From the NCBI GenBank assembly GCA_965223005.1, contig CBDCVK010000010.1, positions 1,344,001 to 1,408,000 of the forward strand: 64,000 bases of DNA, written 5' to 3'. Below are positions 38,894 through 49,669 of the stretch, piece after piece. The position numbers were made by a program, and so were the translations under genes. The DNA is from Terriglobia bacterium. Its GTDB lineage: Bacteria; Acidobacteriota; Terriglobia; JAJPHL01; JAPKYU01. The notes beneath the pieces were generated by a model that was not told the origin of the DNA, searched no databases, and saw nothing but the letters and a program-made list of their open reading frames with translations. Each line of letters opens with the position of its first letter. The first letter of the stretch is position 1.

Positions 38894-39876
38894 GTTCTGA
38901 AGCACCCTCGCCTCTGACACCCGTACCGGCCGGCCCGTTGCCCGTGATTCCGGCGTCGCGTTCCAGGCAGCCGATTGAGATCACCATTGATGGCCAGACC
39001 CTATCGGTGCCGGAAGGCACCACGCTGCTCGAAGCGAGCCGCCGTCTGGGAATCTCCACGCCCACGCTCTGCTATCTGGAAAACCTGACGCCGGTCAATG
39101 TCTGCCGCATCTGTGTCGTGGAACTGGAAGGCTCCAGAGTCCTCGTGCCAGCCTGTTCGCGAAAGGCCGAACCGGGGATGTTGGTGAAGACCGATAGCGA
39201 GCGGGTTCGTTTGAGCCGCCGCCTGATCCTGGAGTTTCTGGCCTCCTCGGTGGACGTTTCCACTGCGCCCCAATTGCAGGCATACATGGAGCAATACGGG
39301 GCGCGGCCGGAGCGGTTCGGCCCCCCAGCGGCCGCATCGGGCGCGGGCGTGCGCGATGCCGCCCGTCCGGGCGTGCACCCGCCGCCCGCGGAAACAGCCG
39401 CGGCCTCGGTGGGGCAGCCGGTCAAGGTAGACAACGATCTCTACGTCCGCGATTACGGCAAGTGCATCCTCTGCTACAAGTGTGTGGAGGCTTGCGGCCG
39501 GGACGCGCAGAACACGTTCGCCATCGCCGTTGCCGGGCGCGGATTTGACGCGCGGATCTCGACCGAGTACACCGTGCCGCTGCCGGACTCGGCCTGCGTT
39601 TACTGCGGCAACTGCATCGGGGTCTGCCCGACTGGGGCGCTGATGTTCAAGCGCGAGTATGACATGCGACAGGCGGGAGTCTGGGATGAGTCCAGGCAGA
39701 GCGAAACAGATACCATCTGCCCCTATTGCGGCGTGGGCTGCACGGTGACCTTGCGGGTCCAGGACAACCGGATTGCACGTGTGACTTCCCCTCTCGATCA
39801 GGACGTGACGCGCGGCCACCTGTGCATCAAGGGCCGCTTTGGGTGGCAATTCGTCGATCCATCAGGGTCTCCCTAG
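38890..39876 (+). CDS. NuoG/FdsA N-terminal-like Fe-S subunit
   Basis: PTLC..VCRICVV..PAC (2Fe-2S), CILCYKCVEAC and CVYCGNCIGVCP (2x4Fe-4S), CPYCGVGC..HLCIKGRFG; GTG overlaps the upstream stop. Confidence 0.9.
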   Translation: MSSEAPSPLTPVPAGPLPVIPASRSRQPIEITIDGQTLSVPEGTTLLEASRRLGISTPTLCYLENLTPVNVCRICVVELEGSRVLVPACSRKAEPGMLVKTDSERVRLSRRLILEFLASSVDVSTAPQLQAYMEQYGARPERFGPPAAASGAGVRDAARPGVHPPPAETAAASVGQPVKVDNDLYVRDYGKCILCYKCVEACGRDAQNTFAIAVAGRGFDARISTEYTVPLPDSACVYCGNCIGVCPTGALMFKREYDMRQAGVWDESRQSETDTICPYCGVGCTVTLRVQDNRIARVTSPLDQDVTRGHLCIKGRFGWQFVDPSGSP

Positions 39877-39903
39877 AAAACTCAACTTTGCTTAGCGTCG
39901 TGA

Positions 39904-41805
39904 TTAGTGCTTGACCAGGACGGTGATCGTCTTGCGCCCCGTCACCACCGAGGGCAGCGGCTCCAGTTCGCTTTCGGCGAGAGTGGAAACCGAGGAGGTG
40001 GCGATGTTGCTGCTGACCGACGGTTCGTTGGCCATGACTCGCGCCAGGGAGGGTGGCGGCGAAGGAAATTGCGCGCCGTGCAGCAGGAAAGCAGTTTGGG
40101 GACGCGACAGGCGCACGTACAGGCGGTTGTTCCTGCGCAGCTTGTTGATGGCGCGCACCAGCTGGGCGGGTGTCTTTGGAGTGAAGCCGCCCGGCAGTTG
40201 GCGCACCTCGGCCAGGTTCAACGAACTGCCGTCGGCTACCGTAACTTGCAGAGGCCCCGGACCCAGACTGGGCGGAATTTCCACCGGCACCTTCTTCACC
40301 GTCTCCCGGCCATCTTCCGCGCGCAGCACCGCAGTGATTTCCAGACGCTCGCCGGGGCGCACTTCGCGTTTGTTGCTCCACACTTGGTCGAGCGAGGCCA
40401 GGCGCCGCCGATCGCTGGAAACAATCTCGAGGTCCACGCCGCGCACTTCCACGGTGGGGAAGCCACTCTGCAGCAGCAAGGCCAGCGGCACGGCGGTGGT
40501 CAGGGCAGCCAGCATCGGGGCCTGGGCGTTGGCTGCAAACATATTCTCCACCTTAACTGGCGGCAGCCCGTCTAGCATGATGGTCCCACGGATGGCCAGC
40601 GACGATTCGCCCACGAGCCGCTCGGTGGCGTCCAGCGTCCCGAAGACTGCCAACTGAAGCAGAAACGGCGAGAGAAAGCGATCGTTCACAATCTCGAACT
40701 GATAACGCATCTCCCGGTTCCCGTTGGAGCGCAGCTTGATGCGAACCGGGATCATGCGCGCTTTCTCCCCGATGACCCCTAGTACCCCGATGGAACGGTC
40801 CCGGCGGATCACGCCCAGAGCCCGCCCAGGCGCCGAAATCTTCAGCGAGGTACGCTGGCTAGGGAGCAGCGCCACCACGCGCGAAGCCGAAAAAGGCATC
40901 TGGGTAGGGCCCGCTGACAGGAACCGGTGGCCAAAGGCGTAGATTCGGTCGCCCTCGCGGTGGGTAATGGTCCCGTCGGCGTTCACCCCCAGATCGCCGC
41001 GGATCAACTGCACGCTGATCATCGAGCCGGGCGCCGGTTTGGCCGCCTCAGCTACCGCGGGTGATGCGACCTCGTGAGAATCGCCGGCACCCTCGCCGGT
41101 ACCTTGGCCACTTTGGGAGGACGAGCCGCTGCCGGCGCCTCGCAGCGGAACGAGTCCCAGGGCGCGGAACTGCCCGGCGAACCGCTCCAGAGTGCGCGAG
41201 GGGAAACCAGAGAGAATCAGTGGAGTAGCAATCCGGGTCAGCCGCGGCCGGTCAGGCGAAAGCAGCACGCTCGGGTCGACCGCCGCGGGCACCAGGGTGT
41301 CCGCAAGGGGCGGCAGCCCACCTAGCAGCCGAACTTCGCTGCCTGAAGCGGTCGGCACCCAATGCAGGTTGGTTTTGAGGAGCGACGGACCCTGGCCGGC
41401 TCCCGCTCTCTCCAGCACCTTCACCATCTGCTCGATGGGCCGGATGCCGGCAATGGGCTCGGTGGAGAATGGGAAACTCAACGCCACCGCCCCCACCAGC
41501 TTGCCGTCAATGTAAACGGGGCTGCCGCTCATGCCCGCCATCAACCCGGTTTTTTCCAACGGACCGCCGGACAATCGGGCGAGAATGATGCTCTGTTTCG
41601 GCCCCACGTTGTCGAGCACTCCCAGGATTTCCACTTGGAATTCTTCCACCGTGGTCCCGGCGAAAACCGTCCGGCCCACGCCTTTCATCCCTTGCTTCAC
41701 GTCTTTCAGCGGGAAAAGGGCCACCTTGGCCGGCTGTTCTGCGGCGGCCAACAACACGGCAGCCAGCGTCAAAACGATCCCGGGTAGCAACTGGCGGCGC
41801 ACCAT
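39904..41805 (-). CDS. SpoIVB peptidase S55 domain protein
   Basis: Signal peptide, GMSGSPVYIDGKLVGAV, IRPIEQM, YAFGH. Confidence 0.88.
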   Translation of the reverse strand: MVRRQLLPGIVLTLAAVLLAAAEQPAKVALFPLKDVKQGMKGVGRTVFAGTTVEEFQVEILGVLDNVGPKQSIILARLSGGPLEKTGLMAGMSGSPVYIDGKLVGAVALSFPFSTEPIAGIRPIEQMVKVLERAGAGQGPSLLKTNLHWVPTASGSEVRLLGGLPPLADTLVPAAVDPSVLLSPDRPRLTRIATPLILSGFPSRTLERFAGQFRALGLVPLRGAGSGSSSQSGQGTGEGAGDSHEVASPAVAEAAKPAPGSMISVQLIRGDLGVNADGTITHREGDRIYAFGHRFLSAGPTQMPFSASRVVALLPSQRTSLKISAPGRALGVIRRDRSIGVLGVIGEKARMIPVRIKLRSNGNREMRYQFEIVNDRFLSPFLLQLAVFGTLDATERLVGESSLAIRGTIMLDGLPPVKVENMFAANAQAPMLAALTTAVPLALLLQSGFPTVEVRGVDLEIVSSDRRRLASLDQVWSNKREVRPGERLEITAVLRAEDGRETVKKVPVEIPPSLGPGPLQVTVADGSSLNLAEVRQLPGGFTPKTPAQLVRAINKLRRNNRLYVRLSRPQTAFLLHGAQFPSPPPSLARVMANEPSVSSNIATSSVSTLAESELEPLPSVVTGRKTITVLVKH

Positions 41806-41988
41806 GCGGTTTCCTAACTCTATACTACCTTAACGCCGAGACCGGAGGGGAACGGTGCCCTGGTCATGGGGAGAACTGCTGTAGCCTAAAAAGGCCAACT
41901 GCATCCGGTTCGGCGGCGTCGGGCGCCAGCTGTGTGTTTGAGGGCGCTCAAGGCTGGGGGTGTCGGCTGCTATAATCGCACCTTCACG

Positions 41989-43557
41989 ATGTCACTTGAA
42001 AACGAACTGTTTCGCCAGCGGAGGGAGAAGTTGCAGGCCATCCAGGCGCTGGGTCTGGCACCCTACCCGCACAAGTTTGTCGCCTCGCACACCATCCCCG
42101 AAGTGGTCGAACGCTGGGACGCATCCACTACCGAGGAGCTGGCCTCAAGCCAACCGGCGGTCCGCTTGGCCGGTCGCATCCTTGCCCTGCGCCTGCACGG
42201 CAAAACGGGGTTCGCCGACCTGGTGCAAGGCGGGCGGAAGCTGCAGGTCTACGTGCGGCAGGATGGGGTCGGCGAGGCCGGCTTCGACCTGTTCGGGCTG
42301 CTGGACCTGGGCGACTTTGTTGGCGCCATCGGGCATTTGTTCCGCACCCGCAAGGGAGAGCTGAGCGTGCGCGTTGAGTCGCTGGAATTCCTGGCCAAAG
42401 CCCTGCTCCCTTTACCAGAGAAATGGCACGGGTTGCAGGATGTGGAGACCCGCTACCGCCAGCGCTATCTGGATTTGCTAGTCAGCCCGGAGGTGCGCGA
42501 GATCTTCCAGCGCCGAAGCCGCATTATCAGCGCGTTGCGCCGCGCCCTGGAGGCGCGCGCCTACCTGGAAGTGGAAACGCCGATGATGCAACCGCTGGCG
42601 GGCGGAGCCGTGGCCCGTCCCTTCCGCACCCATCACAACGCCCTCGACCTGGACCTGTATTTGCGTGTGGCGCCGGAACTCTACCTGAAGCGCCTGACGG
42701 TTGGCGGGCTAGACCGCGTCTTCGAAATCAACCGCAACTTCCGCAACGAAGGGATCTCCACCCAGCACAACCCCGAGTTCACAATGCTGGAGTTCTACCA
42801 AGCCTACAGCGATTACCGGGACCTGATGGAGCTGACCGAACAGATGCTGACCGAGGTGGTGCGTGACGTGACCGGCAACCCCAGCGTGCAGTACGGCAAC
42901 CACACGATTGACTTTGCCCACTGGACGCGCCTGTCGCTGCCTGAGGCCATTGCGCGCTTCTGGCCCGAGGAGGCCACCCGGCCTGGTCTGGAAGGATTGC
43001 GCGACTTTTCGGGCGTGCCCGCTACTGTAGCGGCCTATAACGGCTGGGCCGAGCGCCAGCCGGAACCCCCTACGCGCCTGGTCATGCCCCCTGACACGCC
43101 ACCCGGGGTGCTCCTCGGCTCGCTGTTCGAACTGGTGGCCGAGCGCCACCTGATTCAGCCCACCATTGTCTTCGACTTTCCCAAGGCAGTCTCGCCGCTC
43201 GCCAAAGCCAAACAAGACGAGCCGGAATGGGTGGAACGCTTCGAGGTGTATGCCGGGGGAATGGAACTGGCCAACGCCTATTCAGAGCTGAACGACCCGG
43301 TGGAGCAGTATCGCCGCTTCCAGATGCAATTGGCCGCCCGCCAGGCGGGGGACCTGGAGGCCCACGCCATGGACGAAGACTACGTCCGCGCCCTCTGCCA
43401 CGGCCTGCCGCCGGCGGCTGGCGAAGGCGTCGGTATAGATCGGCTGACGATGCTGTTGACTAATTCCCAATCCATTCGCGAGGTGATTCTATTCCCGCTC
43501 CTCCGCCCCGAAGGCACCGTGGAAATCGCCGCCGAAGTGGCCGCGGCTGCAACTTAG
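41989..43557 (+). CDS. lysS: Lysine--tRNA ligase (class II)
   Basis: RYRQRYLDL, LYLRVAPELYLK, FRNEG..HNPEF, G.GIDRL. Confidence 0.97.
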   Translation: MSLENELFRQRREKLQAIQALGLAPYPHKFVASHTIPEVVERWDASTTEELASSQPAVRLAGRILALRLHGKTGFADLVQGGRKLQVYVRQDGVGEAGFDLFGLLDLGDFVGAIGHLFRTRKGELSVRVESLEFLAKALLPLPEKWHGLQDVETRYRQRYLDLLVSPEVREIFQRRSRIISALRRALEARAYLEVETPMMQPLAGGAVARPFRTHHNALDLDLYLRVAPELYLKRLTVGGLDRVFEINRNFRNEGISTQHNPEFTMLEFYQAYSDYRDLMELTEQMLTEVVRDVTGNPSVQYGNHTIDFAHWTRLSLPEAIARFWPEEATRPGLEGLRDFSGVPATVAAYNGWAERQPEPPTRLVMPPDTPPGVLLGSLFELVAERHLIQPTIVFDFPKAVSPLAKAKQDEPEWVERFEVYAGGMELANAYSELNDPVEQYRRFQMQLAARQAGDLEAHAMDEDYVRALCHGLPPAAGEGVGIDRLTMLLTNSQSIREVILFPLLRPEGTVEIAAEVAAAAT

Positions 43558-43724
43558 CCTGCGGGTTTCCGGCGTGCTTCGTTGCAACCGCCTACCGAGC
43601 GGTGCCGAGTCCATGGAGGGCCCAGCCCAGCAAGACCGCTGCCAATAGGAGCATCCGGCCCTTCACTTTCCGTGTGATAGCATTGCGAATTGCGGAGCGA
43701 GAAGGAGAACCAGGCAGCGAGAAA

Positions 43725-44933
43725 ATGCATACCGAAACAATTGAGGCGGTCGGTCACCTGATTGACTCCCACCTGCTGGAAGCGGTATTCGACAAGGTGA
43801 TCGAGCACGGCGCCAAGTTCGAGATCGTCAAGTTCGAGATTGGCCGCACCAACGAACAGTTCTCGCACCTGGTGATGAAGGTGCATGCGGAAGAGGCCAC
43901 GGTCCTGGACGGGCTGCTGGAAGATCTGCTGGCTCTGGGGTGTTACCGCACCGCACAGGACGATGCGCTACTGCGCGCCTGCGACCAGGACGGATGTGCG
44001 CCGGAAGATTTTTACTCGACCACCAATCACCACACCCAGCTTCTCCACGGAGGCCACTGGATCACGGTGGCGCGACAGCGGATGGACGCGGCCATCGTGG
44101 TGCGAGACGGGGGGGCCGCCTGCGTCCGGCTGCGGGATCTGCGCGCCGGTGACCCGGTGGTCTGCGGCCCCGGGGGCCTGCGGGTGCTGCCCGATTTTAA
44201 GCAGCGCGACCGCACCGGCTTTGGCTTCATGTCCAGCGAGGTGTCGTCGGAGCGGCGGGTGGAATTGGCGGCGGCACGTACTGCCGAAATGATACGGCGC
44301 ACGCACACCCAAGGCGGGAAGACTGTGGTGGTGGCCGGGCCCGTGGTGGTGCACACCGGGGCCGCCGACGCGCTGGCCACTCTGGTTCGTCTCGGCTACG
44401 TCAATGCTCTGTTGTCCGGTAACGCGCTAGCCGTACACGACGCCGAGCATGCCTTGTTCGGCACCTCGCTTGGCATCCACCTGGAGCGTGGCGCGGCCGC
44501 CGAGCACGGTCACAGCAACCACATGCGCGCCATCAACCTGGTGCGCAGGGCCGGCGGCCTGCGCGCCGCCGTCCACGCCGGCTTGCTCTGCCGCGGCATC
44601 CTGTACGAATGCGTGCGTCGCCAGGTGCCATTCGTGCTGGCCGGCAGCATCCGCGACGACGGGCCCATGCCGGAGACCATTACGGATGCGAGCAGCGCCC
44701 AGGATCTCTATGCGCAGCACCTAGAGGATGCAGCCCTGGTCCTGTGCCTGGGCACGATGCTGCACTCGATCGGTGTGGCCAACATGCTACCTTCCTGGGT
44801 TCCGCTGGTGGCGGCAGACATCAATCCGGCCGTGGTGACCAAGATCGCCGATCGTGGGTCTTCTCAGACCATCGGGCTGGTGACCGACGTGGGCCTGTTC
44901 CTCCACCTGCTGGAACGAATGCTCACCGAATAG
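43725..44933 (+). CDS. TIGR00300 family protein (LOR/SDH; ArgZ/AgrE C-terminal-like)
   Basis: GHLIDS, FYSTTNH, RMDA.IV, F.FMSSEVSSER, AGPVVVHTG, GNALAVHD, AGSIRDDGP, DRGS.Q. Confidence 0.85.
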   Translation: MHTETIEAVGHLIDSHLLEAVFDKVIEHGAKFEIVKFEIGRTNEQFSHLVMKVHAEEATVLDGLLEDLLALGCYRTAQDDALLRACDQDGCAPEDFYSTTNHHTQLLHGGHWITVARQRMDAAIVVRDGGAACVRLRDLRAGDPVVCGPGGLRVLPDFKQRDRTGFGFMSSEVSSERRVELAAARTAEMIRRTHTQGGKTVVVAGPVVVHTGAADALATLVRLGYVNALLSGNALAVHDAEHALFGTSLGIHLERGAAAEHGHSNHMRAINLVRRAGGLRAAVHAGLLCRGILYECVRRQVPFVLAGSIRDDGPMPETITDASSAQDLYAQHLEDAALVLCLGTMLHSIGVANMLPSWVPLVAADINPAVVTKIADRGSSQTIGLVTDVGLFLHLLERMLTE

Positions 44934-44989
44934 GGCTAAACATCTCAGTCTCTGACTTTGCACCTCAGACTTTGGACTAGAATGAAAGC

Positions 44990-46225
44990 GTGCCGTTCGA
45001 GCTCTGGGTTGCGCTGCGCTACCTGAAGGCCCGCCGCAGCGATGCGGTGCTGTCGGTCATTACCGCCATCTCGATCATCGGCGTCACCGCCGGAGTGGCC
45101 TCGCTGGTGATCGCCCTGGCCATTACCAACGGATTTCGCCGCCACCTGGAGCAGAGCTTGCTCAGCGCCATCCCCCACGTCAACCTCCTGCGCATCGACA
45201 CCGAAGGCATCGCCAACTGGCGCGAGCTGGCGCAGCAACTGGAAGCCGAGCCGGACGTGGTGGCAGCCGCGCCGGCCGTCTATGCGCAAGTGCTGCTCTC
45301 CGGGTCCGTCCGGTCCCAGGGGGCGATGCTCAAGGGAGTAGTGCCGGAGATGGAGCTGCGCGCCGGAGACCTGCTGCGGCACCTGAGCGAGGGCAGCATC
45401 GCGCCGCTGGCCGAACCGCTCGTCCCCGGCCAGGCACCACCGCTGGTGCTCGGCAAGGAGCTGGCCGATGCGCTGGGCGTGCGCACCGGCGATTTCATCA
45501 CAGCCACTTCGCCGCGCGGCCGGTTGTCGCCGATCGGGGAGTTTCCCCGCTACCAGCGCTTCCGCGTGGTGGGCGTGTTCGACAGTGGCTTCTTCAACTT
45601 CGATGCCGAGTGGGCCTTCACCTCGCTGGAGGCCGCGCAGCGCCTGTTCCTGCTGGGAGACGTGGCCAGCGCTGTCGGCCTGCGCGTGGTCGACCTCTAC
45701 CAAGCGCCGACGGTCGCCGAACGGGTCAAGCGGCAGGCCGGCGCTGGCTTCGGTGCCACCAACTGGATCGAGCAGAACCGCACCCTGTTCCGTGCGCTGC
45801 AGTTTGAGAGGACCGTTACCATTTTGATCATCGGCCTCATCGTCTTTGTGGCCGCGCTGAACCTGTTCATCCGCCTCTACCTGCTGGTGGTGGAAAAGAA
45901 CCGCGATATCGCCGTGTTGATGGCCATGGGCGCGCAGATCGGACAGATTCGGCGGATCTTCCAGTACCAGGGTCTCTTCATTGGTGTGTTCGGCACGCTG
46001 CTGGGGTTGGCGACCGGCTATGCGCTTTCCTATTTTGGAAGCCACTACAAACTAATCCGGCTGGAAGCCGATATATACTCCATCAGCTACGTTCCATTTG
46101 AGGTCGGGGCGCTGGATGGCCTGTGGATCGGGGCGGCGGCGGTGCTGATCAGTTATGTCTCGACCATCTACCCGGCGCGGACCGCGGCGGCGATTGACCC
46201 AGCCGAAGCGCTGCGCTACGAGTAG
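44990..46225 (+). CDS. Lipoprotein-releasing ABC permease LolC/E
   Basis: ALRYL, GVASLVIALAITNGF, EKNRDIAVLMAMG, PAEALRYE. Confidence 0.92.
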   Translation: MPFELWVALRYLKARRSDAVLSVITAISIIGVTAGVASLVIALAITNGFRRHLEQSLLSAIPHVNLLRIDTEGIANWRELAQQLEAEPDVVAAAPAVYAQVLLSGSVRSQGAMLKGVVPEMELRAGDLLRHLSEGSIAPLAEPLVPGQAPPLVLGKELADALGVRTGDFITATSPRGRLSPIGEFPRYQRFRVVGVFDSGFFNFDAEWAFTSLEAAQRLFLLGDVASAVGLRVVDLYQAPTVAERVKRQAGAGFGATNWIEQNRTLFRALQFERTVTILIIGLIVFVAALNLFIRLYLLVVEKNRDIAVLMAMGAQIGQIRRIFQYQGLFIGVFGTLLGLATGYALSYFGSHYKLIRLEADIYSISYVPFEVGALDGLWIGAAAVLISYVSTIYPARTAAAIDPAEALRYE

Positions 46226-46269
46226 TAGCCCCGGGGCCACCGGGTCGCGGAGGCCGAGGCCATAGAAAA

Positions 46270-46971
46270 TTGGCGGTCGTGCTGAGAGCCGTAGAGCTGA
46301 CAAAGAACTTTCGGTCCGGTTGGACGGAGATCACCGTCTTGGACGAGTTGCACTTGGAGGTGACCCGAGGCGAGATGCTGGCCATCATGGGTGAGTCCGG
46401 TGCGGGCAAGAGCACCTTGCTGCAAATCCTGGGTACGCTGGACAGGCCCACAACAGGTGAGGTATACTTTTCCGAGCAAGCTTTTTCCGGCTGGACTGGG
46501 AATGAGGTCACCAAGTTTCGGAACCGGGAGGTTGGGTTTGTTTGGCAGTTTCATTACCTGCTTCCGGAGTTTTCGGCCTTGGAAAACGTGAGCCTGCCGT
46601 TGCGCATCCACGGAGTCCGGCCGGTAGAAGCGGAACAACGCGGGCGGGAATTGTTGGCGGAGGTCGGGCTGGCGCAGCGGGCTCAGCACCGACCGGGAGA
46701 GCTATCCGGCGGCGAGCAGCAGCGGGTGGCTCTGGCCAGAGCGCTGGTGGGACGGCCCTCCCTGTTGCTGGCCGATGAGCCTACCGGTAGCCTGGATTAT
46801 AAGACGGCAAACATGGTCTTGGACCTGATCGAGCAACTGCACCGCAGATACCAGCTCACCTCGGTGATTGCGACCCACAACGTCGCCGTGGCGCAGCGTT
46901 GCCAGCGGGTGTTGCAGCTGGAGGCCGGCCGTTTGCAGCCGGTTGTGAACCTGGCAGGACATCAGGTCTAG
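46270..46971 (+). CDS. lolD: Lipoprotein-releasing ABC ATPase
   Basis: GESGAGKST, FHYLLPEFSALENV, LSGGEQQRV, ADEPTG. Confidence 0.9.
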   Translation: MAVVLRAVELTKNFRSGWTEITVLDELHLEVTRGEMLAIMGESGAGKSTLLQILGTLDRPTTGEVYFSEQAFSGWTGNEVTKFRNREVGFVWQFHYLLPEFSALENVSLPLRIHGVRPVEAEQRGRELLAEVGLAQRAQHRPGELSGGEQQRVALARALVGRPSLLLADEPTGSLDYKTANMVLDLIEQLHRRYQLTSVIATHNVAVAQRCQRVLQLEAGRLQPVVNLAGHQV

Positions 46972-47047
46972 CCGAAGCATCACCCAGTTGGTTCCGCATT
47001 TTGCGGGTTTGGGTTGGCAGAGGAACCAGGCGGGCGGAAACAAGGCG

Positions 47048-49501
47048 ATGTTCGAGCGATACACCGAGAAGGCCCGGCGAGTGATCTTTTTCGCTCGCTA
47101 CGAGGCCAGCCAGTTTGGCAGTCCCTACATTGAGACCGAGCACCTGTTGCTGGGCCTGCTCCGCGAAGACAAGGCCTTAACCAACCGTTTCCTTCGTACC
47201 CACGCCTCGGTGGAATCGATCCGCAAGCAGATCGAAGGACACACCACGATGCGGGAGAAAGTCTCCACCTCGGTGGATCTTCCGCTGTCGCACGAATGCA
47301 AGCGCGTCCTGGCCTACGCGGCAGAAGAAGCCGAGAGGCTGAGCCACAAACACATTGGGACTGAGCATCTGCTCCTCGGACTTTTGCGCGAAGAGAAATG
47401 CTTCGCTGCCGAGATCCTTCACGAGCGCGGGCTACGGCTCTCCACCATCCGGGAGGAACTAGCTCGCCAACACAGTGAAAAAGTGTCCAGTCGCCCAAAA
47501 GAAAGTTCCCTTCTGGCCGAATTCAGTCGCGACCTGACGCAGGCTGCCATGGACAACGCGCTGGATCCGCTGATCGGCCGCGAAAATGAAGTCGAGCGCC
47601 TCATTCAGATCCTCTGCCGGCGCACCAAGAACAACCCGGTGCTGATTGGAGAGCCTGGAGTGGGCAAGACCGCCATTGTCGAAGGCATGGCCCAGCGCAT
47701 TGATAGTGGCGATGTGCCCTCTTTCCTGGCCGAGAAGCGCATCCTGGGGCTGGACCTGTCGCTGATTGTGGCCGGCACCAAGTACCGCGGGCAATTTGAA
47801 GAACGTCTGAAGACCATCATGAAGGAGTTGATGGACAATCAGAACGTCATCATCTTCATTGACGAATTGCACACGCTGGTTGGAGCCGGTTCCGCCGAGG
47901 GTTCCCTGGATGCCGCCAACATTCTGAAGCCGGCGCTGTCGCGGGGCGAGATTCAGTGCATCGGCGCCACGACTCCCGCGGAGTACCGCAAGTCGATCGA
48001 GAGGGACCGGTCGCTGGAGCGTCGCTTCCAAGCGGTGAAGGTGCCGCCGCCCAACGAGGCCGATGCCGTCCAGATCCTCTACGGCATCAAGGATCGCTAC
48101 GAGAAGTTCCACGCCGTCACCTACACGGACGAGGCGTTGGAAGTGGCCGTCTACCACTCCAGCCGCTACATCCCGGATCGCTTCCTACCGGACAAAGCGA
48201 TTGACCTGGTGGACGAGGCCGGCGCGCGCGTCAAACTGCGCCAGACCACCCTGCCCGACGAACTGGCCGAAGTGCAGAAGCGCATCAAGTTCATCGTGCA
48301 CCGGATGGAGAACGCCATCGCCAACCACGAGTTTGAGAAGGCGCGCTTTTACAGCGACGAGGAGCGGCGCGAGCGCGAGCACCTGCGGATCCTGCGCGAG
48401 AAGTACCATTTGGATGATTCCTCCACTGGCGTGGTCAGCAAGGAGGACATCGAGGATGTGGTATCGCGCTGGACGGGTGTCCCGGTCTCCTCGATCAAGG
48501 AAGAGGAGATGAGCAAGCTCCTGCGCTTCGAGGAGGAGCTGCACAAACGCGTCATCAGCCAGGACCAAGCGATTTCGGCGCTGGGCCGGGCCATCCGCCG
48601 CGCACGGGCGGGGTTGAAAAATCCGGCCCGCCCGGTGGGCTCCTTCCTGTTCCTGGGCCCCACGGGCGTGGGCAAGACGGAGGTCGCCCGCTGCCTGGCC
48701 CAATTCTTGTTCAGCACCGAGAAGGCGCTGATTCGCTTCGACATGTCCGAGTTCATGGAAAAACACTCGGTGTCCAAGCTGATCGGATCGCCGCCCGGCT
48801 ACGTCGGCTATGAAGAAGGCGGCCAACTCACCGAGCGAGTGCGACGCTCCCCCTACTCGGTTATCCTTCTGGACGAGATCGAAAAAGCGCACCCGGACGT
48901 CTACAACATCCTGCTGCAGGTGTTCGAGGACGGCCAACTCACCGACGGGTTGGGCAATGCGGTGGACTTCAAGAACACCATCATCATCATGACCTCCAAT
49001 ATCGGCGCCCGCCACCTGCAGAAGCGTTCCAGCCTGGGCTTTCAGGCCAGCGAGGCTTCCAGCCAGGCCCAGGTGGAAGATCTGGTGCGCAGCGAGGTCA
49101 AGCGCACCTTCAACCCCGAGTTCCTAAACCGCCTGGACGAAGTGATCATTTTCAACTCGCTGACCGATGAGGACCTGTTGCGCATCGTCCTGCTGCTGGT
49201 TGAGCAGGTCAACGCCCAGCTGGCCCATCGTCAGATCTCGCTGCATGTCACCGAAGAGGCTGCGAAGTGGATCTTGGTGAAAACCTGCTCTGACCGCAGC
49301 TATGGCGCTCGCCCACTGCGTCGCGCTCTGCAGAAGTACCTTGAGGACCCACTGTCGGAAGCGCTGATCCAGGGCAGCATTCGCCGTCCCGCCTGCTTGG
49401 AAGTCTTTCTGCAGGGGGACAGCCTGTATTACCGTCCGGCGGACTCCACCACCGGCTCAGAAGAAACTGCCCTGTCTGAGCCCGTGTTGCTCTACAAATA
49501 G
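47048..49501 (+). CDS. clpC: ATP-dependent Clp protease ATPase subunit (ClpC/ClpA type)
   Basis: [11 protein letters not shown] Clp-N, two Walker A motifs ([16 protein letters not shown]), UVR-like middle segment, LGF loop. Confidence 0.92.
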   Translation: MFERYTEKARRVIFFARYEASQFGSPYIETEHLLLGLLREDKALTNRFLRTHASVESIRKQIEGHTTMREKVSTSVDLPLSHECKRVLAYAAEEAERLSHKHIGTEHLLLGLLREEKCFAAEILHERGLRLSTIREELARQHSEKVSSRPKESSLLAEFSRDLTQAAMDNALDPLIGRENEVERLIQILCRRTKNNPVLIGEPGVGKTAIVEGMAQRIDSGDVPSFLAEKRILGLDLSLIVAGTKYRGQFEERLKTIMKELMDNQNVIIFIDELHTLVGAGSAEGSLDAANILKPALSRGEIQCIGATTPAEYRKSIERDRSLERRFQAVKVPPPNEADAVQILYGIKDRYEKFHAVTYTDEALEVAVYHSSRYIPDRFLPDKAIDLVDEAGARVKLRQTTLPDELAEVQKRIKFIVHRMENAIANHEFEKARFYSDEERREREHLRILREKYHLDDSSTGVVSKEDIEDVVSRWTGVPVSSIKEEEMSKLLRFEEELHKRVISQDQAISALGRAIRRARAGLKNPARPVGSFLFLGPTGVGKTEVARCLAQFLFSTEKALIRFDMSEFMEKHSVSKLIGSPPGYVGYEEGGQLTERVRRSPYSVILLDEIEKAHPDVYNILLQVFEDGQLTDGLGNAVDFKNTIIIMTSNIGARHLQKRSSLGFQASEASSQAQVEDLVRSEVKRTFNPEFLNRLDEVIIFNSLTDEDLLRIVLLLVEQVNAQLAHRQISLHVTEEAAKWILVKTCSDRSYGARPLRRALQKYLEDPLSEALIQGSIRRPACLEVFLQGDSLYYRPADSTTGSEETALSEPVLLYK

Positions 49502-49669
49502 GTTGCTCTACAAATAAGTTTGGGGCGGCCGGCTCTCGCGCTCAGCCAGTCCTTTCCTTCTCTCCATGTCGCCGTTGGCTGGTGGTCTTACCGGTTCTTG
49601 AGGCGTCGGGAAATCCGCAAGTGATACGAAACGTGTTTGAAGGGGGCGCGAGATCGGCCGGCGCTAATC

